From: Raillietiella orientalis
Lineage: Eukaryota
Reading direction: 5' to 3'
Assembly (NCBI GenBank): GCA_036172245.1
Contig: JAYWIR010000042.1
Span: 434,001 to 498,000, forward strand
DNA length: 64,000 nucleotides
Part shown: in pieces, positions 1-13,800 of the stretch
How the letters are laid out: every line of letters begins with the position of its first letter
Numbering within the stretch: position 1 is the stretch's first letter
Translations under genes and position numbers: made by a program
The notes under the pieces: model-generated
Seen by the model: only the letters and a program-made list of their open reading frames with translations
What the model was told of the DNA's origin: nothing
The model's database searches: none

Positions 1-204
1 CGCATCCGCTTATCCCAACGCGTTTCTTGTGTATTCTTTCTTTCCTTTTGCTTACAACAAACGCTCGGAAAGGATGCGAGCTGAGACGCCGGGAAATCCG
101 CGAAGGCCCAAGATGCCCAGGGGGCGCTGCTGGCAAGCCAGCAGGCCTCCTAGCGTAATGCACTTCCTCGGGATGGAGGTTGGGGAAGAGAGCAGGCAAA
201 GAAA

Positions 205-222
205 GAGAGAGAGAGAGAGAGA
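205..222. repeat. (GA)n microsatellite
   Basis: agagagagagagagagag. Confidence 0.8.
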
Positions 223-229
223 AACCACC

Positions 230-1350
230 TGAGCTTGCGGGGTCACTGGGAAGATGTGCAGGACGCAGGATCACCTTGTTTCACAGGTGCCGAGTGCGGG
301 CACCTCGTTGTCCTTGTGAGAGATGGGGGGTGGCACCCCTGCCGTGTTGTCCACAGCACTTTGCAGCAGAGAGCTGTAATGGCCCCGCATGAGGCCTTGA
401 ACCGAGCACGAAGAGGCCGCCCCGGGTTCATCCGCGCTGGAGGATCCACCAGCAAGCACTCTTGGAGCACCCGTGCCCTTTGACTCCGGGGTGGGCCCAC
501 CCACCTACGGGTGGTTTTCCTCCAGCATCGGTAGACCGAAGGGCGAAATTCCGCGCCTCCAGCTGCTGAGTGGTGGGCGGTTGGGACTTCCCCAGACGGA
601 CGGAGTTGCTGCTGTGGAATCAGGGAAGGGAATCCTCCTTCCCGAAGCTGGCAGCTGAGGAAGAGGGACAGGAGAACAACCTCTGCCTGAGACTGGATGC
701 CCGCTCTGAAGCGGAAGGGGAAGGTCTAGTGGTTTGGAGAAGGTTCCTTGTGCCCGCATGGCAGGAAGGGAACGCGACCGCCCCACTCATGGTTTCGGGA
801 TCCCTCTTCCGCACCTGCCCCAACTACTTCAAGTTCTCTCTGGAGCCCGTGAGAGTGGGATCTTTGTTCCCACGGAGCGGTTGCTAGTTTCACTCCTAGG
901 TTTATCTTCTTTCGGAGACGCTGCATCGCTGCTGTGGCACCCAACTGATGGATTCCTTATGAAGTCATAATTCCACCTCCCATCCCACCCCTATCCTGCC
1001 GTTGCAGAATTGGAGTCTCGGGAAGTTGAGGGAGTGGGGAGAAGGGAAGAGGAGACTGAAGTCAGTCTCCTGGAGCAGCGGCGGTGTTCGCAGCAGGACG
1101 CTCCAGATGGAGGCACTGGTAGTGTGGAAAGGAGGCGAGACCCCCTGCATTCCTTTTTCTGGACACGGTGACTCCCGACGGATCGCCTGAGGTGACAGGT
1201 GATCGACCATGTGCTCTCCCCTTCTTCACTCGAGACACGATCGCGTCCTTCCTTCATCGGGGTTTCTGCGAAACCGGAGCCGGCTTCGCACGGAAAAGGA
1301 GAACCGCTCCGGGTGGCAAGAAGATCGGATCTGTCCCGAGCCGGCTGTCG
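230..1350 (+). mobile_element. Decayed L1/Tx1-like LINE 3' fragment
   Basis: Frameshifted remnants RRITLFHR, GGRLGLP and IDHVL in the order expected for RT thumb then Zn finger. Confidence 0.35.
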
Positions 1351-1849
1351 GACTGCGGCGGGAGGTCCTCCCTCGCCCAATGGATACCCGCGAAGACCTC
1401 GTTCGACCTCGTTTCTCGGTCCCAGATGGACTACCGCCGGCGCTTGCTACGTCTGCGGTATCGAAGCAGCAGCCTGTCTTGCGACGGAACCATACTAGCA
1501 GCACTGCGGCGCCATTCTTCTAGACTCCCTGCCCTCCATGTCCTCTGGTGTGCTCTCACCGAGAGCCGGAAAGATGCCTTCTTTCGAACCCAGCAGCAGC
1601 CCGCATCTCTGCACGACGAGCGGGATGCTACCATGAAGCCCTTGCATTCCACAGCTAGTTTGTTCGGCACCATTTCATCCCGATTTGCATTGGGGGAAGG
1701 AGCTTGCGAACGGCTCCCTGGGATAGCGGCCCACATACTCCTCTTCCGTTTTGACTGCTACCGTTTCCTCTGAATGAGCCAGTGGATAGCAAGTGAATCG
1801 ATAATCTCCAGTAGGTGGGCATTCATGTAATTCCAGTAGCACGTGAGAA

Positions 1850-2500
1850 AGAGTTCTATTGCTGCGTAGTGGATGCATTCCTTGAGAGTTTCCCCTCTCT
1901 GAGTCATGGTGGCGTTTCTGGTCCCGATGGAGGTCTCATTGACCCAGCAAGAAGTCAGTGTTCTGGTAACAGGCATCGATCGAGAAGCCCAGAGTGAAAG
2001 ACTGAAAACTCTTCTCACTATACGCTACGTCGAAAACCATCTTGCGAAGTGCCCCTCATTCCATGTCTTTTATCCTGTTAAGAACGCGCATTTAGAATAA
2101 TGGGCTGCTGACAAGAGTGCAAAGCTGCCTCGAAGGAACGTGGAGCGAGGTAGTGAAGCCGCGACTCACGAGATAGCGCTGATCCACGGGTGGCATACTC
2201 CGGGAGTGTTTTCGAGTCGGCATCTGATACACCTCGCTAACGTACCACCCGCTGTCCTCAAATCTCGATTTCCCGGATGGACACCACTCTTCGCAAAATT
2301 CTGAAACGATCTGGTATGATTTTAAGAGAGCAGAGGTCCCAAGCGCCGATATGCAGATCCTTGAAGTACTGCACAGAAAGACGACTCTGCTCCCTTCTGT
2401 CTCCCTCTCTCCCCACTGCTTTGATGACTGGTCGTTCGAGGGCTGCTCATTCCCATCTTGAGAAAAGGCGGACACTTGAGGCGGACAGAGGATGTGTGCT
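1850..2500 (+). mobile_element. Decayed LINE RT N-terminal fragment
   Basis: SGPDG (PGPDG-like) followed by a weak LxPK/NW-like segment; heavily decayed. Confidence 0.25.
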
Positions 2501-3479
2501 TTTTCCCTTTCTAACTCTTCCATGTTTCCACACTTGCCAGGCTTTGCAACTATTAAAGACCACACGTCGTTCCTCAAACCTTCTCTCATCCATCCCACTC
2601 GTCTCCTTTCCACTCTTCCATGATTCATCTCTTCGCTCAGAGATCGAGAGAGAAGAAGAGAGGAAGAAAGTGGACGGTTCTTCCTTTGGAAATGATTATA
2701 AATATTTGTACAGGGAAAGGTTGGTTTCAGCGAGCACTCTTTTCCGCGGCGAAACGCATGTGGCGTGCTGTGAGTCAGCTGGAACGGTGTCCTTTCAGTT
2801 GGATTCGTATAACGGCATAGATTTTCAATCCTTTGTTCTCATGCGAGTTCGGCGTTGATTCTTTTCAGCTTTCGCCCACATGATTTGCGGGCCCCCGAAT
2901 GACATCATAATTGCTGGTTAAGTTCCACAGAAAAAGTCTCCTCAGATGTTACGAGGATCGTCACTCATTATTTGTTAATTCTTCAAACAAACTTTGATGT
3001 TTGCAGCCTGAATTCCGGCTTCATTTCCCCCCTCCTCCTTCTCCCTCCCGCCCCCTGCCTTTTCAGCTTCCTGGTGGAGCATTTCAAACCACTGCTCACG
3101 AGGCTGTTTGCATTCTTCTTGATAAGCGCTTCACTTCCTTTACATGTAAACTGAGTCACCTTGGATGCTAGATAAGCTTTGAGATTCAGCCTATTGAATC
3201 CGTGAAGACTTACTTTATAGAAATATGCGTTGCCGATTACCACGAACAGAGTGTAGGGTGCGTGATTCTCTTCCGGTTATGTCGGAGCACTTATTACGTT
3301 ACGTAATAAAAGTACACTTTTGTGACTAGAACCGTTGGCTCTACCAGGCGCAATGAATGTACCGAATACTGGCGAGGTCCGCTTCGGCCGCGTAGGGGAA
3401 GGAAAACAAAAACAAAATACCTAAACAAGCAAAACAGGGGGAGGGAAGTTACACACGAGGAGGGGACCGAGTAAGGGAT

Positions 3480-5760
3480 CACGGTAGGCGCTGCCAGACG
3501 TCCTCTGCATCCTCTTCAGGATGCAGGCAAGTTCTGTCCGAATAAAGCAGGCTACCTCGAGGCAGTCCTCAGGAAGATCCATGCTCAGTGGATGGCGTCC
3601 CTGTGATTCCGGCTTCTTCCCGCGTGGGAAGAAGCCGGAATCGTGGCAGTCTCCAGACTGCCACGATTCCGCGGACGCAGCAGGGAACTGCTAGGGGTGC
3701 GGCTGGCAGCACTGCGGTGCGAGCAAAGAGGAGTTTCCAAATGTCCTTGGGGCCGACTGCCGGGATTCCTAGGATCGTCGCGAGGCGATCCCAAAGGGGT
3801 CGGAGAGCAGCACTGTCTAGAAGAAGGTGCGAGAGGGTCTCCTTACCGCACGTGCCGCGCCGAGCATCCACGCTCCCCTGTGAGCCACCAGCAATGCCGA
3901 CTCCCGTCACTTGGGGGAAAGGGCACCACTGTTTCAGCACGCTAGGGGGCCACTTCACCTCCGAAGGGATGCCGAGCAGCTCTCCCCAGCGTAGGAGTCT
4001 GTAGAGGGGAACACTCGAAGTCGCAGCGTCCTTGACTTCTCGAGTTGTTATGCCCCCAGAAGTTTAGTTTTTGCTACTATGCAGCACGTTACTTCCCACC
4101 TTGCCGGGATGACACTGCCTCTTGCGTTCCTTAGGGAGGGCAGCACTGGCGCAAGGGGGGTAGAAGGAGGTCCCTCGCATCTTCTGCGGGTTGCGGATGA
4201 TCTCCTCCAGCGACATGCTAGTGTTCCCGCCTCGCTCGCGCCGTGGATCTTTCCCCGGGCGAAGACCGACTTCTAGAGCCAGCAGTACAGTTCGCGGGGA
4301 GGCAGGAGATACAGGTGTTCTCCTCCACCAGGGCAACCATCTGACGGAGTCGGTATCCGCAACACCCTAGCAATCTCTCGTGAGTGACCAGGAGGGATGT
4401 GAGTCCCTCGCAACCGGTTGAGCTCTTCTCGAGGAGCTGTGCGGGGGTGACCAGGGCGTGATCCATACTCTCCCCACGAGGGCGAGTCTTCTGAATTGGA
4501 GCTAACGCTCCATCCTCTCCAGAGTAAGAAGACCTAGTCCACTATCCTTACACGGAGCACACAAGTCTTTGAGTTGGACTCGGGACTCCCCTGTCCTCCA
4601 CAGGACTTTCCTCAGAAGGTCCTCGGTTTGTTTCTTGATGTTGGGTGGAACGGAGCAGACAAAAAGCAGGGAACGAAGTGGGGAGCACACGCGTTCCACA
4701 CAATGGTCTGTTCCTGCAAGTAAAACTTGCAGTTCTGGAAAGGGCCGAGCTCCATCTCTACCTGTTGGAGACGGTCGGGCCAGGTTTCTGCTAGTCAGAA
4801 GTCCCCCAACGGAACGCCAAGGTACTTGATGTACCCGCCCGTGGGGATTCCCAAGCGGATCCAGTCCCACCGTCCGGCCCACGTCGAACCAGTTGGCACT
4901 ATGGATGACTTCACCTTGTTCACCTCAAGTCCGGTCCGGCGGCTGAGCAGCTCGAAGAAGCGCTCGCCGGGGTGGACATGGGGAGAAGCAGCAGCAGATC
5001 TTCTGTATAAGCCAGCACGGCAGGCGTGCCGGGACACGAGCTCGGCAGAGTTACCAGTGTCTCTCTGTATGCTCTTAGCACCAGCTCGAAGTAAATGCTG
5101 AAGGTCAGAAGGCTCAGGCTGTCTCCTGGCCTTACGTCGCGGCGAGAGAGCACGCCATGTACGTGCCGGCCTCTGAAGCAGATATTTATTAGCGCGAAGA
5201 GCCAGCAGGAGCGCAGGTAGGACAGGAACACCTTCGGGAATCCCATGCGTTCCAGGAACTCCAGAAGGAGTTCCTGGTCGACTCAGTCGAAAGTTTTGCT
5301 CAAATAGACTGCAGCCACAAGGCTCCAGGAGCGTCTGATCCTTGGTGACCTTCCCCTTCCTGGTCGGAAGAGAATCCGGAACTCTCAGGACTCCCAGGAA
5401 TCTCTCGTGATCCCTTGGCACAACCCGCTGTTGCAAATGTCACCATGTGCTCGCGAGGAGCAAGTTGGCCTCCATGATTCTTCCGGCGTACGTCTGCTCC
5501 GGACCGATCACGGATCCGGCCACCTGTCCCAGCCGCTCCACCCACAGTTTGGTAGGCATCTTGGCGTCCGCGTTCACTACAGTGATTGGCGGCCAATTGC
5601 CAACGTTGCGCAAGTCTCCTGTTTTGGGTAGGAGACGTACTCCTGTTGACCGGAACGAGGCGGGTAACTCGCCCCGTTCGCGGATCAGCGTGTAGGGTGC
5701 GTGATGGAAATCTTTCAGGTTTCTTCTGTTTTCGCTGCTTTCCTCCAGGTTTTCCTTTTT
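3480..5760 (-). mobile_element. L1/Tx1-clade non-LTR retrotransposon, RT to C-terminal Zn finger, frameshifted
   Basis: LPASF..TGVRLLPKTGDLRNVGNWPPITVVNADAK; VRPGDSLS; LAYTEDLLLL (YADD-like); TGLEVNKVKS; IKYLGVPL; VLW...LCAPCKDSGLGL; CGKETLSHLLL...LW. Confidence 0.88.
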
Positions 5761-5849
5761 CTTCGAGTTTTTTTTTTTTGGTTTGCCAAGTACTGAAGAA
5801 CCGCTTGCCTTAGGAAAGGGGGATGGGGAACCAACTGATACTGTCCATG

Positions 5850-6370
5850 CCACTCAAGGTCTTTCATCCCTCATTCGAAATTCCCATGACTCCAAGACAA
5901 TTTGAAACCCTCATCCTTCTGTGGAAGAGAAACTACTCCCTTCTTGAGGAAAGGACTGGGATTCCAGAAGTTCTTGTGCATTCCTTTATCTGCTGCTTCT
6001 GAAATAAACAGAACCCTCCTCGTCAACCATACTCTGCTACTTGTGAGCTCTTGTGGCAGCCTGGAGGCTGCAAAATCGCTGCTGCCAAGAATGAACTTCT
6101 CTCCCTGTTGTACTTGCAGTTGCTTTCAAGAAAACAGAAGTGAAGCGACCTTTTGTCGAAAAAACTGCCAAGATTTGGGTGACTAACATTGGTGACCCTA
6201 CGCCTTCCATTCCAGGGCAAATCCTTTTCTGTGTTCCTAGAACCCTCAAGGCGCACATCGTGCTGAGAAGCTGATGCGTCCCGTCTTTTACTGATTCCTC
6301 CATTCGTCTGCTCTCCCCTCCCTCCCCCTTCAATCTGCACGTCCCTCCCGCCGTCGACAGAATACAAGAA
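5850..6370 (-). mobile_element. Second L1/Tx1 RT thumb fragment
   Basis: LRVLG, STKGR, a KNFW-like segment and SLPQKDEGFKL resemble the thumb motifs. Confidence 0.4.
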
Positions 6371-6669
6371 TTCACGCGGTCCGACTTCTTCTTCTTCTCT
6401 TTTCTTTTTTCTTTTAAAAAAAAAAGGAACAGTCATCGTCTCCTTCTGGCGGATAACCGAAAAAAAAATAAGGTGTTATTGGCGGTTACCAATAAGCCAC
6501 TTATAGAAGACTCGCAAAGGTTAGCCTTTCATCTTCCTATATTGATTGCAGGAACCAACTATCCATTTCCGGAGCAGTAAAATGCTTACAAAGTGCCATC
6601 GTGTGCGAAATATACGGGGGATCAAATAAGAAGTCGCGGCGAAACGACAAACTCAAAATGTTATCGTGA

Positions 6670-9100
6670 TTATGCGTAGGTGCCACCTGCGACATAATCT
6701 TGGAGCATCTCTAAGAAGTCCAAATCGAGCAGCCTTGACTGTTCTTGAAACAACTCGCGCGTTGCTAAGATACTGCTGGCGAGGATGTAATGATTTCCCA
6801 TCGGAGTGAAGACCGAGGCCGAGCAATCCATTAGGACAGATGAGAGAGACAAAGGACTGGCAGCAGGCGCTGCTGCCCTTTTCTGACTGCTCAGACTACT
6901 TTCTTCCTTTATTACGAACGTGTGCAAACTCTAGCGGTGGATTTCAGAGTTGGATCCGAGTTTCATTTCTCCTTAAGCGAGATCTGACAACCCTTCTGCC
7001 ATCCGAAAATTGCATCTAGAAAACTTTGCCACCTCATTCATTTTCCAAGGTGCAACCGGCATCCAAAAGAAAAGGGAGAAACCCTTAAGGAAGCTGCAAT
7101 CGATCCACAAAAGACCTAAAGAGTTTTACAGGGAATAGCGGCGCATAGGGCCCAGCGAGTCTTGGTATGCGTTCCAGCTCCGTAGGAGCTAAAGAGTGTT
7201 CTGCCAGCGTGTGCTGAACTGTTTCCCCATTCCTTCCCTCCAGACAGGCATCGGGGTTCGCTCCTTTCGGTCACTTAATCCTTTGTTTATTGTCTGGACT
7301 CCCTGAAAAATGTAGAGGATCTCGTGGATGTCTCGGCTGGTAACTTCAGAGACTCCGGATTTTCTAATTGGAGCCTTCCCTCGGTGAGGATATCAAATTA
7401 AATCTGCCGTTTGTTTGTACCGCCTAAGCAGATGTCGTCACTCTTGCGGTATACGAAAGCTTTCATCCGTCGCCTCGGGGCTTCGATGGAATCTCCTGGC
7501 CTGCTTCGGTTGCAGTAATCTGGTTGGATCTCCCGGATACAACCTTCGATGCCGAGGATGAATCAGCTACCTGTGCTTTGCTGTCATTTTTTTTTCCAGG
7601 TTAGGAAGGATTTTTGTTCTGTCCCGAAACTGCTACCATCATTCGACAAGTACAGATTCTTCGGGATATCCTCGCTTTTCCTGAAACTGCTTCGTCAAAA
7701 ATTGTTCCTGATCCTTCAGCTGCGATTACAGCTCTCACTGTTGCTCAAGAAGTCTCCTTCGGTATTACTGCTGCTGATCCTGCAAAAGTACCTGCCGCTG
7801 CTTGAGCAGTTGGTCTCATAGCCAGCGAGTGTACTCTTGTTGTTGCCTCATCAGGTGGATCTGCTGTTCCAGATGTGTAGTTGCTTCCTCTTGCTGTCGT
7901 TCCAACTTTTCCTTGTTCTCGTTCTGCTGCTCTTCAGAATCTTTGCTGTGATACTAGTGATTTGTCAAAGCGTAGGTATCCCAGGTGACAAAAGCTCTGG
8001 GAATTTGATTCTGGAACTCGATTCCGCCATCCCGGCACGTGGTTCAGGGATCCTGGAAGAGCTGCACTACCTCAAGGACATCACCAGATTCTCCTACAGG
8101 GGAAGCCTGAGAGTCCTGAAGAAGAGTCAGAAGAAACAATGAGCGGCACGCGCGCTCCCAGCTACCGGTGACCTGCAGTTTCAAGGATGATCACTGCTTT
8201 CCTTGATAGCGGGCAATCCGAAGCTTCATGTATCCGCACCCCTGGCTTTCGGCGTGAGCCGCGCTGTTGCAGTTGGCTCACTCTTGGTAGCTCCCTTAGC
8301 ATCACGGCTTATAAAATCATTCCGAGGTCACTTTCCAGAATAGCCTCAAGCACGATTAAAAAGAGCTCCGCTTCTCTCCGTTCAGCTTCGCTCGGGCTAT
8401 GCAGGCGGTCGTGGTACGAGCACAGAGGTTCCTCTCGGTTCCGCACGGACTCGGTCTTGTCCGTCGACCCACCCTCGATTCCCGGAGTGCGTATTGCTGC
8501 TGATCCTGCTTGCACGCGGACAAATGCCCACGGCAGCTGGCCGAAGAAGGCAAGGTTCCCAGTGGCTGCAATCTTCGTATCACGGAAGTGCTCCTACGTT
8601 CCCAGTACATGCGTGAAATGGAGGATAATCTCTTCAGCATCGTTCCCAGGAATTTATACCCAGATCAGCTGACCTGAGTATGAATTCCAATCATTTCGAG
8701 ATGGCGCTCACTGTCCCAGCGTGTCTGCAACGGTGGGTCCCGTCAGCCCTTGGTGTAGCTCTCATGGAGAAGCACATCACGAGACGAGAGACAGGAAACA
8801 CGTTGACGTTCCGACATCCTTAAGATTTCCTGCGCGCAACTAACTCTGCTGTCGGCAGCGACTAGCAGCACAAAGCCAAACGCCAACGTGTATTACTCAT
8901 GAAACTCTTCTGACACTGTAACATTCGTCTAATATGATATAGTGCTCCGCATAACGATAAAAGCACATGAGCATTGCGGTCTGTCGGGGGCACAGCGCGT
9001 CTGCCAGCTGCTGCAACGAATCTGTTAAGAACGGAAGGCCTCAGTGAGCTAAGTGCCGCTCAATCGAACTACGTTTGAAGTAGTGCATTGGCTTTTCTGG
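6670..9100 (-). mobile_element. Ty3/Gypsy LTR retrotransposon relic: LTR end, PBS, gag, aspartic protease
   Basis: Minus strand TGTTACA is directly followed by GTGTCAGAAG (8916-8907, partial tRNA-Leu PBS). Downstream: Q/E coiled coil, NRSRPGDSI gag-like motif, degenerate knuckle, FLLDAGCT and LLDLDFL protease-like motifs; many stops. Confidence 0.55.
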
Positions 9101-10850
9101 AAATCGGTCTTTGGAGGTTCACAAATCGGAAGCAGATGAATGATCTGTGCGCGTGAAGTTATCCGTATCCTTTTTCAGAACAATACTGGATCACAGGATT
9201 AGTCTGAAAGCTGAAATGAGTGATTTCCAGTTATTCGAAAATTTTCAGAATGATTGTGATGGAACGGATCGGTTTGACGAGCGACGGAGCTTGAGGAGCG
9301 CATTTCCAGATTCCTCTCTGCAGTCCATGCTTCGCCAACCTTGGCAAGAGTTCCAAGAGTTTCTCCGTGATCTTCTCCTATCAGTGGGATCATTTGCACA
9401 TTTTTTCACATCTTTTTGTCTCGGCCGAAAAATATTTATGTCCCTAGAAGTTCAGCTCATTCTGCACAAGCTGACCTATTGCTGCACCCACTTGAAAACA
9501 AAATTCGAAGTGATTTTTTGAACATTCGAGGCGATGATAAAAAGCCAAAATCGAACTCTATTAGAAAGTTCCATCCCGCTTTAGCTTGACTATTTCTTTT
9601 TCCCAGCATCCTTCCTTAACAAGAGCCGTTTTCCTGCCGGTTTTGCCGCGCCTGAAGAAAACCTTCTGGTGAGCAAGTATGAGTGTGTTTGATTTTATCA
9701 TCTTGCTCGCAGCCCACCAGTTCAGCGAACTTAGTTTGCCTGCAGATCGTCACCACCTCCTTTTACTGCAGTCTGTTTTCTACACGACTTTTTCAAGATA
9801 CATACTAATTAGAACATCGGGTCTGTGCATCTTATTTCAGAGAGACATCAAGAGTACAATGAAATGATAAGGGCTTCTTTTGCAGCAGCTGAGCTCCAAG
9901 AAACACTTGTAGACATCCCTTGCTTGTAGGATGCCAGATGTGCAGCGATCATCCAGCTAACGAAAAGCAGATTCCTCCACCGGTCATTTCCTTCGAACCA
10001 TTCTTTGAGCCGAAATTGTTCTTCCCAAAGAGCATCCATACTTGAACCTTTGTAGAGGATGAGCACAGAGCAGACGCAGTGGAGTACGGTTGTTGGTAAT
10101 TATTCCGAGCCTAGGACTACTTAAGCACTGCGGTACTCGACTGGCACCAGACATTCCCAGGATGGGTGACCAAAGGGAACACTTGGGCACAAAGCCTGTC
10201 TAGCACGGGAGGGAAACGGAAACGAAATTATCGCATACTCCAGCAGAATGCAGGTTTATCGAAATGCCCTGAGTGAATGTCACCAAGTGCAGCATCTAAG
10301 TCTATCAACAGGACCAGACTGTAAGAAGATCCCGAGAGGCGGAGGGAATATTCCCGTAGGGGATGCGACTGCTTTGGACTTTTTTTTTTTTTTTTTTCAT
10401 TTTACATTTCTTGATCACGAGACGATGCGAGGGAAGTTCTTGAAAAAGTCCTCCATAGCCGAAAAGCTCCTTCAATCCCTCTACGGAGAGAAGTGCACAG
10501 TTCCGACATCCCTCCAACAGTGCAGCAGATTGTGCACCATTAAAAACTTAGAAAGAAATGCTACATCGAGAATTTGCTGGATTTGAAGCATTCCAGGTGC
10601 AAAGGTCACCTTTTCTAAAAAGAAGCGATGCTGGCTGGAATGATGAAGCCCCGTTTGACATGGCAGCAGCCAAAGTGGATGTTCAAATGCTACCAAGAAG
10701 CCGAGAGAGCGTAAAGTTCGCAAAGCACTCGGAAAGGGATAGCAAAATCTCCAGAGGTATCCAAGAGTGACAGTGAGAGAGACAGATGGTAGTTTGAAAA
10801 GAGGATTAGAGAACGTTCTAGGTGACACCTTCACAGCAGTTTAAGGAAAG
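9100..10850 (-). mobile_element. Decayed L1/Tx1-like fragments
   Basis: EGFLQAR, GWNFL...FKWV RT-like remnants (9100-9800) and a Trp-rich C-terminal remnant (9850-10250). Confidence 0.35.
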
Positions 10851-10899
10851 TGTCTCAATCCTGTTGGGGTGTTTCTTTGGAAGCATCCTGGAGATAGCT

Positions 10900-13800
10900 G
10901 GTTCGGTCCTGATTCGGCGGCTAGGAATGGAAACCAGTGCACATCTTATGAGTGGAAGCTTCCGTGAATTTCAGGACGGATGCACACCATGAACAAGAAC
11001 AACGAAGATCATGAGCTTACTGGGATTTTTGGAACGGTTCGTGCAAATGTGTACGAACCTGGAACTTTTGCTGATGTGATTTGTCTTCGATCAATTGGCC
11101 AGCTTGTGAAGGTTCCCTGCGAAAAAAATGGGGCGCAGACCACAAACCTGAGTGAACTGAGCTTGCATAGAGAGTAAAAATGCCGGCACAAGGTGAATTG
11201 CTCTGAACCGCCGACTGGCAAACATTGCATTTGTCTCCATAGAGACAGAGAGAGATGATGATGAAAAGTCGTACAAAGGATAGCATTCTTCAATCGTTAG
11301 CATTCCCAACTCAAAAACTGTTAAAGAATCCAGAGGAAACTGGCGTAGAAATATGGCTCAAAGTAATATTACTAGCACAGCGTTTGAGTCACCCATAAGT
11401 CCGGATAGTGAAGAATATTCTAGTATGTTAAACAACATCGTAGAAAAGCTGTGGAAGAGACTGGAAATAATAAAGAATACAATCTCCAAACAGGAATAAG
11501 TGAAACTGGCGCGAATGATTGCGAAGCGAAACGTCCGGAAGAGACCTAAAAGGCAGATGAAAGTTTTATGCAATGGATGCTCAGAAGAAAGCAACGGAAA
11601 ATCAATTCCCTGTGAGATAGATAAAAGCTAAATAAATAAAGAAAATCAGCGAACAGTGAAGTGCACGAGTAGGCAAGCTATTTCCAATTTCCCAACATTG
11701 CCTTTTCTGAAAACTTAATGGATTAGAAAATCCTGTCTGACGCTTCCTTACCACAGAAGAACTGCAAGAGCAAACATGCTACCGTCCTTTGAGAAGTATG
11801 CGGACTGAATTGAAGATCCGTTTTTGGTCCAGTGCAAAGAACTTGGAGTCGGCTACTCTTCCAAAATGAGAGCAGCCAGCATTCCTCAAGTCGCTGCAGC
11901 AATAAAAAGTGTGAAATTCGATGTGGACGGGACGAATAGGCTACCCAAAACACCATAGAACTCCGAGACTACGGAATTTGTGCTAACTGACATCCATCCT
12001 GCAAAAGGAGAAGACTTATTAAATCTCTGGAAACCAGCATCGCCCGTCTGAAAGACTGAAAAGATAGTGTACAAGAAGACTATGTACGCTGGCTAGAGAC
12101 TTCAACTTGAGCGTGCTTTGCTCGTTCAGTGAGACCAATTCGTCAGATGCGTAAGGAAAGCCACCAAATGCAGAACGGCAGAATAATTGGTCTTCCCTTC
12201 TCAACATTCGGGAAGATAGGCATGCCTGAAGGAAGTAATTCTGTAAATTGCAAGCTTTTCCAACTTGCTCGGGACAGCTACATTCGGCGTATAAGAAAAT
12301 TTTCTACCATGAGAATTTAGAACGGAAAATCCAGACATACATGTAGGTTCTCGAGATACAAGACAGAATCCGAGAGACCAGACTGGCCTGAGGAACTCCC
12401 GCGATAATAGACAGGAGCATGGCAGCGGTAACCCGAGCAACCTGGAATCAGGGAGATAGGCTGATATCAATTTCCCATCACAGCAAAGGTTGGCGGAGAG
12501 TCAACAGAAGCTCTTCTTGAAGAATTTGACTCCAATGGACGCAGTTTGTAACGATAAATGATTCAATCTTTGACTCAGAAGAACAGTTAAAGAGCAACTG
12601 TAGCACTGAAGCCCTGCATATCTCCAGGCAGGGATGCGCTCATCAGGAGAATTCTCCAAGGCTGGTGCCGAACAGAAACTGAAGGTGCTCTGAAACTGGA
12701 GGAGTTATTCGATTCCATAACATGGGGAACGAAAGTTCTACCCGTTTCCATTCTTCAAGAGCACAAGGCATAACCGGTCTATTGAACAACTTGAGATCAA
12801 TCACGTTGAATGTGAATTTCATCTACAAGACCTGCAACGGACGGCTGGAAAAAGCGAAGCTACTGATTGTGAATTCTAACAGCCTTAGATGCATTCTAGG
12901 ACTGAAGTATGATTAAGACCTTTGGTACTCATAACTGCCTGCAGCAAGAGGCCCTCCCTACAAGATCACTGTGCAGATCAGTGGATCTGAAAAAAACAAA
13001 ACAGAACAATAAAGCACGCGATCGTGTGAACATCAGAGTGCTACTCCAGGTGATAAGAAAAGGGCAACGCTTCCAGGCATACATATAAAGAGAACAGGAG
13101 GACCCAATCATTAACTTCCTGTTCAATTGACAGTATTTACACTGAGAAAGAAGGAAATGACCTCAGACCATGAAGATCATTTGCATTTACATGCATGACA
13201 TCTTGAACCAAGAATGAGAAAGATTTCTACTGAAGCAGGGAAGAAAAAAAAGAACAAGAAGTGATAATGAGCAGAATGGCATATGAAGACCTCCAACCTC
13301 TTTCCCGAAGGAAAGTAAGAAGAGATGGATGTTCAACTTTGAAATGCTGCAAAAAGGAGCACAAATCTCAAGAGAAGTGAAGAGCTGCAAGAAGATAAGA
13401 CAGAAGAATCCGACATGCTAAAATTCTCAGAACTACCCCTACTCCAGCGGCAGAAATCTCAGCACCTCCTCGAACCTCAGGATTCCGGTAGCAGCACGAA
13501 AAATGCTCACCAAAATGTAGGAAACTAACAGACATACACTGCGGTAAACACTTTCATCTTTAAGAAAAGACCTCAGTGTTGAAGATTCAGATATCTCCGG
13601 CCCAAAAGCATTGGACTCTGTCTGTGGTCATCCTTACATGGGTGCAGAAGAAACAAACCATAACCTGAGATTCAAGTTCCATGGCAATGAAAAAACCTGG
13701 ATCCACTCAAAGGGTTCCGAAAATTGGAGGAAGAGAGGATCTTCAAACCTAAGCACACTTCAAGAAATAGAGCTATCGTTTGTACACTTGCAATCTGATC

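Noticed and set aside
7549..8142. Leu/Phe-rich + strand ORFs resembling membrane proteins
   Set aside because: They are the antisense shadow of the Q/E/K-rich gag-like coiled coil on the minus strand.
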